A program made the translations under genes and the position numbers. Of a stretch of 64,000 nucleotides of DNA, positions 10,361-20,284 are shown in pieces. The notes under the pieces were generated by a model that saw nothing but the letters and a program-made list of their open reading frames with translations, was not told the DNA's origin and made no database searches. How positions within the stretch are numbered: the stretch's first letter is position 1; the number at the start of each line of letters is the position of its first letter. Origin of the DNA: Selaginella moellendorffii (Eukaryota; Plantae; Lycopodiophyta); the NCBI RefSeq assembly GCF_000143415.4, contig NW_003314332.1, positions 496,001 to 560,000 on the forward strand, read 5' to 3'.

Positions 10361-11755
10361 ATGGAGGAAGAGGGGCGAGCGGGAGGAGCGGTGGATTCTC
10401 CCAGCGATGACGCCTGGCTGAGCAGCAATCTCCAGTGCAAGCGGCCATGGCAGGAGCTGAGCGGCTCGCTGGGCGACCTGGGGACGTTCATCCCGATCGT
10501 CATCGCTCTAGCTCTCGTCAATGGTGTGGATCTTGGTACGTCTCTCATCGCCACGGGCATCTACAACATCCTCACCGGCGTGCTCTTTGGCGTGCCGATG
10601 CCCGTCCAGCCCATGAAATCCATCGCCGCGGTGGCCATCACCGAATCCAAGCACCTCACTGTGGATCAGATCATGGCGGCGGGGATCACCGTGTCCGCGA
10701 TCGTGTTTGCGCTTGGAATCACTGGCTTGATCCGGGTCGTCGCTTGGATCGTTCCATTGCCGGTGGTTCGTGGGATCCAGCTCGCGCAGGGGCTCTCTTT
10801 CGCGGTCAAGGCTGTCAAGTACGTGATGAAGGATCAAAATCTCTCCAGCGACAAGGCAAAGGGTGATCGCCCATGGCTGGGCTTGGATGGGATTCTCCTG
10901 GCAGTGATTTGCTTCGCATTCATCGTGCTGGTGAATGGATCCGGCGAGGGATACGAGTACCTTGTGACGAACAGTGATGGTGGTGGTCGTCATCACGACG
11001 ATCGTGAAGAACATCGTGAGGAACATCAAGAGGGATCGTCAAAGCTCGTGAGGTTTTTCCGGAGGATCCCGACTGCCTTGGCGGTGTTCGTGCTCGGGAT
11101 CATCCTGGCGTTCGTGAGGAGGCCACACATTCTCAAGGAGCTTCACTTTGGCCCGGCCACGCCCCGGATCGCTCGAATCTCTTCGCACGACTGGAAGACT
11201 GGATTTGTGAGAGCTGCGATACCGCAGCTCCCTCTCACCATCCTCAACTCGGTGGTGGCGGTTTGCAAGCTCTCGAGCGATCTCTTCCCGGCCAAGAAGG
11301 ACGGCGTGTCTCCGACCAAGGTCTCGGTGAGCGTGGGGCTCATGAACTTGGTGGGCTGCTGGTTTGGAGCTCTCCCGGTTTGCCATGGCGCTGGAGGACT
11401 GGCCGGGCAGTATCGTTTCGGAGCCACGAGTGGGGTGGCGGTGGCCATGCTGGGTGTTGCCAAGCTTGTGCTGGGACTTCTCCTGGGGAGCTCGCTGGTG
11501 AGAATTCTCCAAGCTTTTCCAGTGGGACTGCTGGGGATCTTACTGCTCTTCTCCGGGGTGGAGCTGGCGATGGCGTGCCGGGATCAAACTAGCAGGAAAG
11601 ACTCGTTTGTGATGCTCAGCTGCGTCGCCATCTCGCAAGGATCCAATCTCGCGGTGGGATGTGTTTGTGCCATCCTCTTGTATGCGCTGCTCCAGGCCAG
11701 AGAGATGGATTGTTGGGCGATTGCAAACTCTTGGCCGCGAGGTTCCTCGAAGTAG
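10361..11755 (+). CDS. MOT1: Molybdate transporter (MOT1 family), intronless
   Basis: ELSGSLGDLGTFIPIV, PMPVQPMKSIAAVAI, RGIQLAQGL, IPQLPLTILNSVVAVCKLS and PVCHGAGGLAGQYRFGA signatures. Confidence 0.95.
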   Translation: MEEEGRAGGAVDSPSDDAWLSSNLQCKRPWQELSGSLGDLGTFIPIVIALALVNGVDLGTSLIATGIYNILTGVLFGVPMPVQPMKSIAAVAITESKHLTVDQIMAAGITVSAIVFALGITGLIRVVAWIVPLPVVRGIQLAQGLSFAVKAVKYVMKDQNLSSDKAKGDRPWLGLDGILLAVICFAFIVLVNGSGEGYEYLVTNSDGGGRHHDDREEHREEHQEGSSKLVRFFRRIPTALAVFVLGIILAFVRRPHILKELHFGPATPRIARISSHDWKTGFVRAAIPQLPLTILNSVVAVCKLSSDLFPAKKDGVSPTKVSVSVGLMNLVGCWFGALPVCHGAGGLAGQYRFGATSGVAVAMLGVAKLVLGLLLGSSLVRILQAFPVGLLGILLLFSGVELAMACRDQTSRKDSFVMLSCVAISQGSNLAVGCVCAILLYALLQAREMDCWAIANSWPRGSSK

Positions 11756-11813
11756 ATCGATTGGTTCCATTGAAATAAAGCTTCGATTTGTTTGAGAAGA
11801 TCATGGATCCACA

Positions 11814-13523
11814 CTAAGCTTTCGCCATAGCTAGCATTTGGCTGATGCCTGTATAGCAGCTATAATCTTGAGGCACAGCTATCCTCTTGAGAGTCTCGCG
11901 AACTACGGCCAAAACTTCGTCGCATCGGACAACACGCGGCACTCCCGGCACTCCGGTCACTTGCACAGGATCCAGGTGAGTGCCTCGAGCACCACAGACC
12001 TCCGAAACACTTTCGTCTTCACGGATCGCTACTCCGGCAACGCAAACTTCACTGAGGTTCCAGACGTGCTTGACTCGCAGCAGTGGGAAGCGACCATTCG
12101 CAGCCGGCAGGAAGAACCTCGTCTCTCCCTGGTACGTGATCCACACTGCAGCGGCGGGGTATGGATCTCGCACGATGGATCTCAGTGGTGGCGAAGAGAA
12201 GGCCTCGGAAGAAACTCGCCCGGCTACTGCATTCTCCACTGTCTCATGCGATAACTTGCAGCCTCGAGCTCCAAGTTCCCATAGCCACGGCTGGAAGTCC
12301 GGCCAAGCTTCGCAAGACAGGCCAAGGACGTGCTTTGCAAACTCGCCGAGAACTTCGCTCTCTCGCGCCAGCATCTTGGCGATCATCTCATCGTCTACGT
12401 AGTGATGGCGCAAGCCAGTGGACAGCTCGAGCAAGCAGGAAAGCAGCTTGTGGCAATCGGACGCGGCAGCTTCCTTGTTTCCGGAACCACTGTACAAGCT
12501 CTCCATCTCCACGCGATATGCAAGCTCGAGATCGATCAGCATGAACTGGTTCTCCGCAACGAGGACGATGTTCTGTGCTCGAACATCCCGGTGCTTGCGT
12601 CCCACGAGGTGAAGATGGTAGAGCGCCAAGAGCACGTCAAACGCTACCTTGCACAGCTTCTCCCCGTGAAGAACCATCCCTTCCACACGCCTCGTACCGC
12701 GCGGCTTGGTAACGATGCCGGAAACTTCACCATACTCGCGCTGCAAGCTCAAGCTTCCAGATGGGCGATAGAAACCACGACGTACCAACACTGGCAAGCT
12801 CCGGGACATGATCCCTGCGTCGCGCAGATCGGCAAGCGCAGCACACTCTAAGCCGATCTTGGCGCACAAGTTCCTGCCTGGATCGTAGTCTAGCTTGAGC
12901 ACAACTTCTTCGCCACCACCGGAGATCATCGATGCGCTATATACCGAGGTCGAGAAGGAGATGTGAAGAAGCTCACCGAGCTCAAGATCTAGCACGCCAT
13001 CGCTGCTGGCAAAGCTGCGAAACGAGCCAACGTCACCTTTGGAGAATGGACCGTAGTATCCTCGAAGCTGGAATGGTTCTTCGGGACTGCCCCTCCTCTC
13101 TGAAGAGCGCTGGACGTGGTCGATGAAGAGTTTGCCTTCTCGCCCAGCGCCCTGTATCCAAGCTGTCCACGGCCAGAGCCCAAAGTGACGAGCAATCTGC
13201 CATAGCTGGACCTGGCGATCGCCAGTGAGGGTGAAAGCAGCAACCTGCCTCGGGATTGTTTGGCAGTAAAACAGCTCTTGGGCGATGGCATCTGTGGCGA
13301 GCTCGCCTCGGATGATCAAGGGATCCTCGCGCGTACCTGTTCCACACCCCAGCTGCAAGAGATCTCTCATGCTGCTGCTCTCGCGAACCGCCGTGTTCTC
13401 GACGTAGACGGCGGCCAGTTGCCACTTGCGCTGGACAGCTGATAGCGGAAATGTGTTGTGGATCGCGCGCCAGAAGAAGCCCGGCTCGCCACCATAGCAA
13501 ATCCAGACCCGAGGATCATCCAT
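11814..13523 (-). CDS. Atypical protein kinase-like protein with three copies of an unrecognised ~65-aa domain
   Basis: VVLK, E in helix C (LECAAL), LYHLH...HRDVRAQNIV, FMLIDLELAY. The ATG at 13523 directly follows a telo-box; the ORF is open further upstream (ATG 13817). Confidence 0.7.
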   Translation of the reverse strand: MDDPRVWICYGGEPGFFWRAIHNTFPLSAVQRKWQLAAVYVENTAVRESSSMRDLLQLGCGTGTREDPLIIRGELATDAIAQELFYCQTIPRQVAAFTLTGDRQVQLWQIARHFGLWPWTAWIQGAGREGKLFIDHVQRSSERRGSPEEPFQLRGYYGPFSKGDVGSFRSFASSDGVLDLELGELLHISFSTSVYSASMISGGGEEVVLKLDYDPGRNLCAKIGLECAALADLRDAGIMSRSLPVLVRRGFYRPSGSLSLQREYGEVSGIVTKPRGTRRVEGMVLHGEKLCKVAFDVLLALYHLHLVGRKHRDVRAQNIVLVAENQFMLIDLELAYRVEMESLYSGSGNKEAAASDCHKLLSCLLELSTGLRHHYVDDEMIAKMLARESEVLGEFAKHVLGLSCEAWPDFQPWLWELGARGCKLSHETVENAVAGRVSSEAFSSPPLRSIVRDPYPAAAVWITYQGETRFFLPAANGRFPLLRVKHVWNLSEVCVAGVAIREDESVSEVCGARGTHLDPVQVTGVPGVPRVVRCDEVLAVVRETLKRIAVPQDYSCYTGISQMLAMAKA

Positions 13524-14177
13524 AAACCCTAATTCCGCAAAGTCAACGGTGGTCAACAAATTGGTCAAATTTGTGTGTTCTTGCCATGGAAATTGGAATT
13601 TGGCTTTGCAGCGCGTAGGAATGAGTGGATGAGGAGGTGGTGGTGTGTCCAGGGAGCTGCTATGATTGCCCGGGAATTTATTCCTGTGAAGAATGCATTG
13701 CGTCACAGCTTGAGAATTGGATGTGTAAGTCTCGATGCTAGCAATTGCTTTTTCCATAGCCACGGTGGAAGGATTCGAGTACTTTAGATGATCGATCAAG
13801 GACAAAGAGTGTTCCATGCTGGGTATTGCCAAGATTCCAATGAGAATTCTCCAGTGGGATTGCTGGAGATTTTGCTGTTCTTCTCTGTTAGCGTGCTGAG
13901 AGGTTCCAAAAGGACAGGAGCCTTGTACTCAGAATCAAGTCTCGAAGCATCATATTCTTACAAGAGTATAAATGCTGGCTAATAACAAATTGGAATCTTT
14001 GGATTTGGATTACGAGGAGAGAAAAGAAATCTTTTACGTCAACTCAAGAATTTAGTCAAGGTTCATGCTTTTCAAACTTCCAATGTAAATTCCTGTAGCA
14101 TGCAGTAAAATCTCGTCCATAAATTCATTCGACTCTTTCTTGGAATGGCTCTTTGCTGAAGGATAGTTTTTAGAATC

Positions 14178-16051
14178 ATGGAAGTTTGCTTGTTGCAAGA
14201 CATGGCGGTGGCTTCCTCGAGCTCGTTCGAAGGCATGGTTGTTTCAGTAGCAAAATCACGCTTTTGCTGTGACGAGCTCAAGCTGGCGGCAGCGTCTGAT
14301 CTCTTCCGTAAGATCTTTACCTCTGTCCGCCACACTGGAGCTCGGAACCTGTTTGTGGAGCTCAAGAACTTCCCAGGAGGCGCCCCAGCATTCAAAAAGA
14401 TTCTCAAGTTCGTGGAAGATCAATTTCAGGCCGACCACCTTGATCTCCACACATCCAGCTTCCCCACCTTGTGTGCTGCTGCCAAATACCTGGGCATGCC
14501 ACTGCTTGCTTCTTCTTGTGCTCGCTTCTGGAGCTCTCAGGTGGTGACGACCACGTCCAGCATTTTCGAGGTGCTGGCCATCGTCACCCAAGATCATGGC
14601 GTTGCCCTCTCCGCAGAGGAAAGATCCGAGGTTATCTCCAAGTGCTTCTCGGCGACGCTGCAAGCGCTAGGGAGGAGCAGTCTCCACGAATTCTTCGTCA
14701 ACATGGTGACGATTCTGCCTGTAGGTGGAATCTCTGTGCTCCTCAAGTTCCTCGAGAGAAGAGTGGATTTCTTCTCAATGCAAAGCAAGGTGTGGGACAA
14801 GGCAAGGTACGTAGTGCTTGCGTCGGAACTGATTTTCGTTGCTTGTCCGACCGGTGTCAAAGCTCGAGACGTTCTTCACAGAGCTGGGATTCTTGCCCGG
14901 TTTGTACTGGGTCTGTTTAGAGAGGGCCTCGACTATGCAAAGGACCAAAGGAAACATTGGCTCGTTCCATCTTTTGATGATCACCATGATCTCCACGAGA
15001 GTGTAGCTCTTCTTAACCTCCTTGCTCTCTGCGACTTTCTCCTGGAACAGGATAGTATCACCGCAGACACGAGTACGAGTGACAGGATCAAGGCGCAGGA
15101 AAAGAAGCTCTTCGCACTTTTAGCTGGCTCAGATGCACACTCCAAAGCGAGCACGATTCTTCTTTCGCCAGGATCGGCTATGTTACTGGCTTTCAACTTT
15201 GGAAAGCATCACGAGGACAAGAAGCAGCTCGCGGTGGAGTTTATAGAGCACTACCTGCAGCAAATCTCCCTCACGCAGCTGTCCCGGGAAGAGACTCTAG
15301 AGATTTGCAAGTTCATCTCGGCCCACTCGCTCTCGCACGACAATTTGTTCAACCATGTCTGGCGGGTAGTCACAAGGAGCACGACACTGTCCAGGAAGAG
15401 GCTCCAGGAGCTGATGGACACGATATCGAGCAGCAAGCTGTCTACGGAAAAGTTGATGGAGAAACTCCAAGAGGTTCGAGTTCTAAGCAAAAGGCTACAG
15501 CGAAAATGCAGCTACTGCATGGACATACCCACGAGCGAGGAGGAAGAGGGCGATCAATCGGAAAGAGAATCAAGCGGGGAAGAAGTCGAGCACCAGTGGT
15601 CGTTTACGTGGGATGATGATAAGCACAAAAAGAAAAGGAAGAAGGTACGTGAAACATGATTCTTTCAAGAGAGCTCATATAAGATTGTGTGTAGAACCGG
15701 ATGTGGATCACGGTCGTGGCACCGCAGACGTCAAGCTCCTTCTCTCTCATGGTCTCGAGCAACCGCAAGGTCGAGAGCATCGAGCAGAAGCTCAAGGCCA
15801 AGATGGGGATGCCCAAGGGGGACGCGTGCCAACTCACGTACAATGACAAGCTGCTAAGATCAAACAAGAGAATCAGCGAGTGCAACATTTCCGACTTCGC
15901 GACCTTGACAATCCGAAATACCACGAAACGGCCAAGGTAATTAATCTCTCCTCGAAACACCCCTCTTTGACGATTGCTTGAATTGCGCAGAGTGGAGGAG
16001 CAGCCACAAGCTCGAAAAATTCTAGTCACCTACCAGCGCCGCAAGAATTGA
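14178..16051 (+). CDS. Divergent BTB/POZ (NPH3-like N-terminus) protein, predicted to splice to a ubiquitin-like domain
   Basis: LKNFPGGAPAFKKILKF and LCAAAKYLGM resemble the NPH3-type BTB. In-phase 50-bp GT..AG intron 15645-15694 joins it to a Ubl (KVESIEQKLKAKMGMP...QLTYNDKLL..NKRISECNI); possible second intron 15937-15990, stop 16049-16051. Confidence 0.6.
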
Positions 16052-16094
16052 GAAGACCTCAAAGATCTCCGATGATCTCTCAACGATCTCCGCT

Positions 16095-16570
16095 TTATAA
16101 GGTTGCCACCTTTCTTATGTTGGAACTTTGTCCAAACTTTTCTCCGAATCTATGCCAAGGATCTGACTTTGAAGCTTTCCCATGATCTGTGACCACCCGC
16201 CGTCGATCTTCTCGCGAAGCAAGCTCGCGCAGGCGAGCAGCACGTCCGGGCATTTGGCTCGCACTCGCCAGACATCCTCCCCGTGTCCATTCTCTGGCGT
16301 ATCCCCCGCGCAGCAAACCGCATCCCTGTGAAGCATCGAGCCGAAAACCTTGAGAGCGTTCGCGTTCAGGATGACCATGCGTAGAAACCAGCTTCCATTT
16401 TCTCCCCATCCATATACCAGTGTGGTCGGAAGATCCAGAATCAAAGACCGCTCATACCGAAGGATGACAGGTCGCCGACCGCGATCCGCAACTGGGCTTC
16501 GATCGGACTTCGTCGCGGAAGTGATGAGATCCACGCATTCAGCATCGGTTTCGCTCGATCGATCGAGCAA
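16095..16570 (-). pseudogene. Remnant of the PPR-A 5' end followed by other PPR debris
   Basis: AECVDLITSA and VILRY are shared with PPR-A but separated by deletions; downstream scrambled PPR motifs (ALKVFGSMLHRDAV, ENGHGED). Confidence 0.75.
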
Positions 16571-16577
16571 AGCGAAG

Positions 16578-18500
16578 CTAGCCTCTCACGATATTAGAGA
16601 GGAGGAGATAAGGAACCTCGTTGCTGGGATCCATCTCCGCGGCGGCATTAGCAGCAACGTCGCCTCGATCCACATCGCCATGGATGCTACAAGCTCCCAG
16701 CAGATTCTTCCACGCACCAACATCAGGAGTAATAGGCATCCTTCCAACCAGTTCTTCACACTTGCCGAGCTCTCCGGCTCGACCCAAGATCGCCACCATG
16801 CACTGGTAGTGCTCGATCCTCGGCGTCACTCCATAGTCGGCCAGCATCGACGAGAAGTGGAGCTTGCTGGGACCGACGAGGCCGACGTGAGAGCACGCAC
16901 TAAGAATCGCCGTGAGCGTCATGTCGTCCTGTTGAATCCCATCTAGATCCATTCTCTGGAAGATCCCGAGAGCTCTCTCGTACTGCCCGAACTGGGAGTA
17001 GCCGGTGAGCATCACTGTCCACGAGACAACGTTCTTGTCCACCGGCATAGCGTCGAAGAGAGCTCGCGCTTGATCGAGCTGGCCAGCGTTGGCGTAGGCC
17101 TCGATCATCGTGTTCCAGGCCACCACGTCGGGCCTGGCGATAGCGTCGAAAAGAGCTCGAGCCTCGCGAAGCTTTCCTTCTCGGCCATACACCGACACCA
17201 TCGTCGTGAGTGCCACCGCGTCCTTCACTTCCATCCGATCGAAGAGCTCTCTCGCTGCTGCAAAGTCGCCGCTGCCAGCGTAACTCACGAGCATCGACGT
17301 CGTCACGATCGTCCCCCGGTCCGGCATGGAAGAGAAGATCTCCCTGGCCTCCGCTAAGTTGCCACAGTCGCCGTGAGCAGCAACCATGCTGCTACACGCA
17401 GCCTCGTCCCTCTGCGGCATCTTCTCAAACACCTCCATCGCCGCGGCAATCTTCCCGTGCTGGGCGAATCCAGCGAGCAGCCCGTTCCACGAGAGGACGT
17501 TCCTCGTTGGCATGACGAAGAACAGGCTCTCGGCTGCTACGACGTTCCCGGCCTGGCCGAGCGCCTGTACTAGCGCCGTCCATGACACAACATTCCTCGA
17601 TGGCATTCTTCCAAAGTAGGTTCGAGCTTCCCGGATGAATCCTCTGTGCGCGAGCCCAGACACCATGACACTCCAGGAGACGACGTTCCGGTTGGTCATC
17701 CTCTCGAAGATCTGCCGAGCCAGACTCATCTGTCCACTCTGCGCGTAGGCCGATAGCATCGCGTTCCAGGCGATGAAATCTTTCTCCGGCATCACGGTGA
17801 AGAGAGCCTCGGCCTCGGACAGATGCCCGGCTTGGGCATTCGCTGCCATGACGGTCGTGAAAGAAACCACGTCCACCGCCGCCATCTTTTCGAAAGCCTG
17901 CGAGGCTTGGACACAACAACCGTTAGCGGCATACGATTGCAGCAACGCGTTCCACGACAGGATGTCTCTTCTGTGCATCCGATCGAAGATCTTTCTGGCT
18001 TCCTCGACATGCCCGGCTTGGGCATACGCCGTAAGTAGCAGAGTCCACGAAACCACGTCCGGATCCGGCATTCGATCGAGCAGCTTGCGGGACTCCTGGA
18101 GATTTCCAGCTTGTGCGTATGCCGCGATCATGTGGTTCCAAGTTACCACATCGCGATCTGGAGCCTCGTCGAAGAGTTTCCTTGCCTCGTCAAGAGAGCC
18201 ATTCTGGGTGTAAGCCTTGACCATCATGTTCCACGAGAACTTGTTGGGCTCGAGAAGAACGTCGAACACTTTCCTGGCCTCGCCGGGGCTGCCGCATTTC
18301 CCATACATGTCGATGAGGAGGTTGCCAAGGAATCTATTCTCGAAGTGGCGGCTGTTTTGGATCTCGTTGTGGAGGAGCTTTCCCTGTCCCAAGTTCCTGG
18401 AGTTCGAGCACTCTTTGATCCTCTCGGCCAGCTCGGTTTGTTCGTCGTAGTGAGTGAACGCATTGTGAAGAGCTCTAGAGGCTTTTCTTCTCAGCTGCAT
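16578..18500 (-). CDS. PLS-class PPR protein (PPR-B) with truncated E domain
   Basis: LIDMYGKCGS, many SW-type repeats, ILSACSHVGLV, HYQCMVAILGRAG, WKNLLGACSIHGD, YLLLSNI. Confidence 0.92.
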   Translation of the reverse strand: MQLRRKASRALHNAFTHYDEQTELAERIKECSNSRNLGQGKLLHNEIQNSRHFENRFLGNLLIDMYGKCGSPGEARKVFDVLLEPNKFSWNMMVKAYTQNGSLDEARKLFDEAPDRDVVTWNHMIAAYAQAGNLQESRKLLDRMPDPDVVSWTLLLTAYAQAGHVEEARKIFDRMHRRDILSWNALLQSYAANGCCVQASQAFEKMAAVDVVSFTTVMAANAQAGHLSEAEALFTVMPEKDFIAWNAMLSAYAQSGQMSLARQIFERMTNRNVVSWSVMVSGLAHRGFIREARTYFGRMPSRNVVSWTALVQALGQAGNVVAAESLFFVMPTRNVLSWNGLLAGFAQHGKIAAAMEVFEKMPQRDEAACSSMVAAHGDCGNLAEAREIFSSMPDRGTIVTTSMLVSYAGSGDFAAARELFDRMEVKDAVALTTMVSVYGREGKLREARALFDAIARPDVVAWNTMIEAYANAGQLDQARALFDAMPVDKNVVSWTVMLTGYSQFGQYERALGIFQRMDLDGIQQDDMTLTAILSACSHVGLVGPSKLHFSSMLADYGVTPRIEHYQCMVAILGRAGELGKCEELVGRMPITPDVGAWKNLLGACSIHGDVDRGDVAANAAAEMDPSNEVPYLLLSNIVRG

Positions 18501-18752
18501 CAAACCAATTCGAGGCTGCCTGTAAGCAAGTTTCGTGCTAGACCTTTCATGGAATTCTATGATTGAAAAGACCTCCTAGTGTCGTGACATCGAAATGGCT
18601 ATTATATTTAGCCAATATAGATAGAAATAGAAATGAAGTGTATAATTTGTAAACCTTGTTATGTAAAAATATCAAGAGTGAAATAAAAATGACACCACAC
18701 ACACATATAAATGTGATCGTTCTTAAGATAATTCATTGTCATAACTTTTTCA

Positions 18753-19916
18753 ATGGCTCCTATGGCATCACTGTCATTTGTTTCGGTTCTTTTGATGTTT
18801 CTTGTGCTTCAAGTTGGTGCTGGGCGAAGAAGTTTTCAATCGTTCTTATGTCCTACTGCAATCTTTAGTCTTACTGATTCACTATCTGACACGGGAAATC
18901 GCAATCTTGAAGCGCTTGCATCAGGGAATTATAGTATTTCTGGACATCTTCCATATGGTATGACAATTGGAAAGGCTACTGGGAGATTTAGTGATGGATA
19001 TTTGCTTATTGATTTTTTAACTCGTGGTCTCAAGCTTGGTGATTCTGCACGTCCTAGCTTAACATATAATGGTACTTATTTCACAAGCTTGAATTTTGGT
19101 TATGCTGGAGCTACTGTTTGTCCATCTACTAATAATTTTTCTACACCTCACATATTATCGGCACAAGTTTCAGATTTTTTATGGCATAAACAACAAGTGA
19201 AAGATTATCAAGATGGAGCTAAAGTGGATAAAAATGTATTATATGAGAAAGCACTTTATTTTATTGAGATTGGGGGTAATGATATTAATTATATGATGCC
19301 ACATTTTCCAGATATTTTAAATACCACTATTCCATCTGTGATATCCGGAATTAAATCTAGTATTTTAAGTTTATATGAATCTGGAGCAAGAAATTTCCTA
19401 GTGCTGAATCTTCCTCGTTCAGATTGTGCTCCAGGTTATATATCAGCATTTGGACCATATGCTAATATTAATGGTAGTGGTATACATAGTGATAACCTTG
19501 GATGTATTGTTGAGGTTACACAAGTATTTGAAACCTTTAACAAGCAGCTTTTGGATATGGTGGTTGATATTAATGATCAAAATGATGACATTAATATATA
19601 TCATTTTGATTGGTTTGCAGCAACTGATCATGTGATAAAGAACATGCATCACTACAAATTTAAAAGCTATAAAAGTGCTTGTTGTGGTATACCAGGAAAT
19701 GATTATCATTGTGAAGGTTTAGCACTTTGTGGTTGTGGACAAACAAATAGCACTACTTGTAAACATCCTGGAGAACATATTACTTGGGATGGAACACATT
19801 ACACACAACATTTCTATGAGGTATCATCTCAATTTGTTCTACATGGCAATTTTATCTCTCCAAGATTAAACTTACTTCCAGGGTGTGGTATTCCAATGCC
19901 ACCCTCTGAAAATTAA
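18753..19916 (+). CDS. GDSL esterase/lipase, intronless and AT-rich (copy 2, inverted paralog of 4420-5592)
   Basis: Same TDSL, GRFSDG, GGND and WDGTH blocks; C-terminal third nearly identical to copy 1. Confidence 0.92.
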   Translation: MAPMASLSFVSVLLMFLVLQVGAGRRSFQSFLCPTAIFSLTDSLSDTGNRNLEALASGNYSISGHLPYGMTIGKATGRFSDGYLLIDFLTRGLKLGDSARPSLTYNGTYFTSLNFGYAGATVCPSTNNFSTPHILSAQVSDFLWHKQQVKDYQDGAKVDKNVLYEKALYFIEIGGNDINYMMPHFPDILNTTIPSVISGIKSSILSLYESGARNFLVLNLPRSDCAPGYISAFGPYANINGSGIHSDNLGCIVEVTQVFETFNKQLLDMVVDINDQNDDINIYHFDWFAATDHVIKNMHHYKFKSYKSACCGIPGNDYHCEGLALCGCGQTNSTTCKHPGEHITWDGTHYTQHFYEVSSQFVLHGNFISPRLNLLPGCGIPMPPSEN

Positions 19917-20284
19917 CTCTGAAAGTGATGATGTGATTCAAGACAGAAAGTAATAAATTCTGAAATCTCTTTTGCTTTTATGGATTCCCAGTAAGCTGAG
20001 TGATTGTAACAGCAATGAAGGTGGCGAGGACGAAACTCATTAGAAACTTTGCATCGTTTTTTTTACTTTTGGAAGGTCATAGAAGTTCTGGACAGGTATG
20101 GAGTGGACCTTATCGACAAAATTAAAGGCCGAGGACGGGATCTCTCCATGCACAGAAGATTGGAGTGAAAGTCACCACCTTTGGGTATGGCCACCACCCT
20201 GGACGAGTGCTTCTAGATAGCCGAGACGATTGGAGAATTTCCTTTGATTGCTCGCCATGCATTTACTCTTGGAGGAACTGGGGG

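Noticed and set aside
4420-19916. The idea that the hAT pair caused the large inverted duplication
   Set aside because: Both elements retain their TSDs, and one sits inside an already decayed PPR remnant of the left arm only, so they post-date the duplication.
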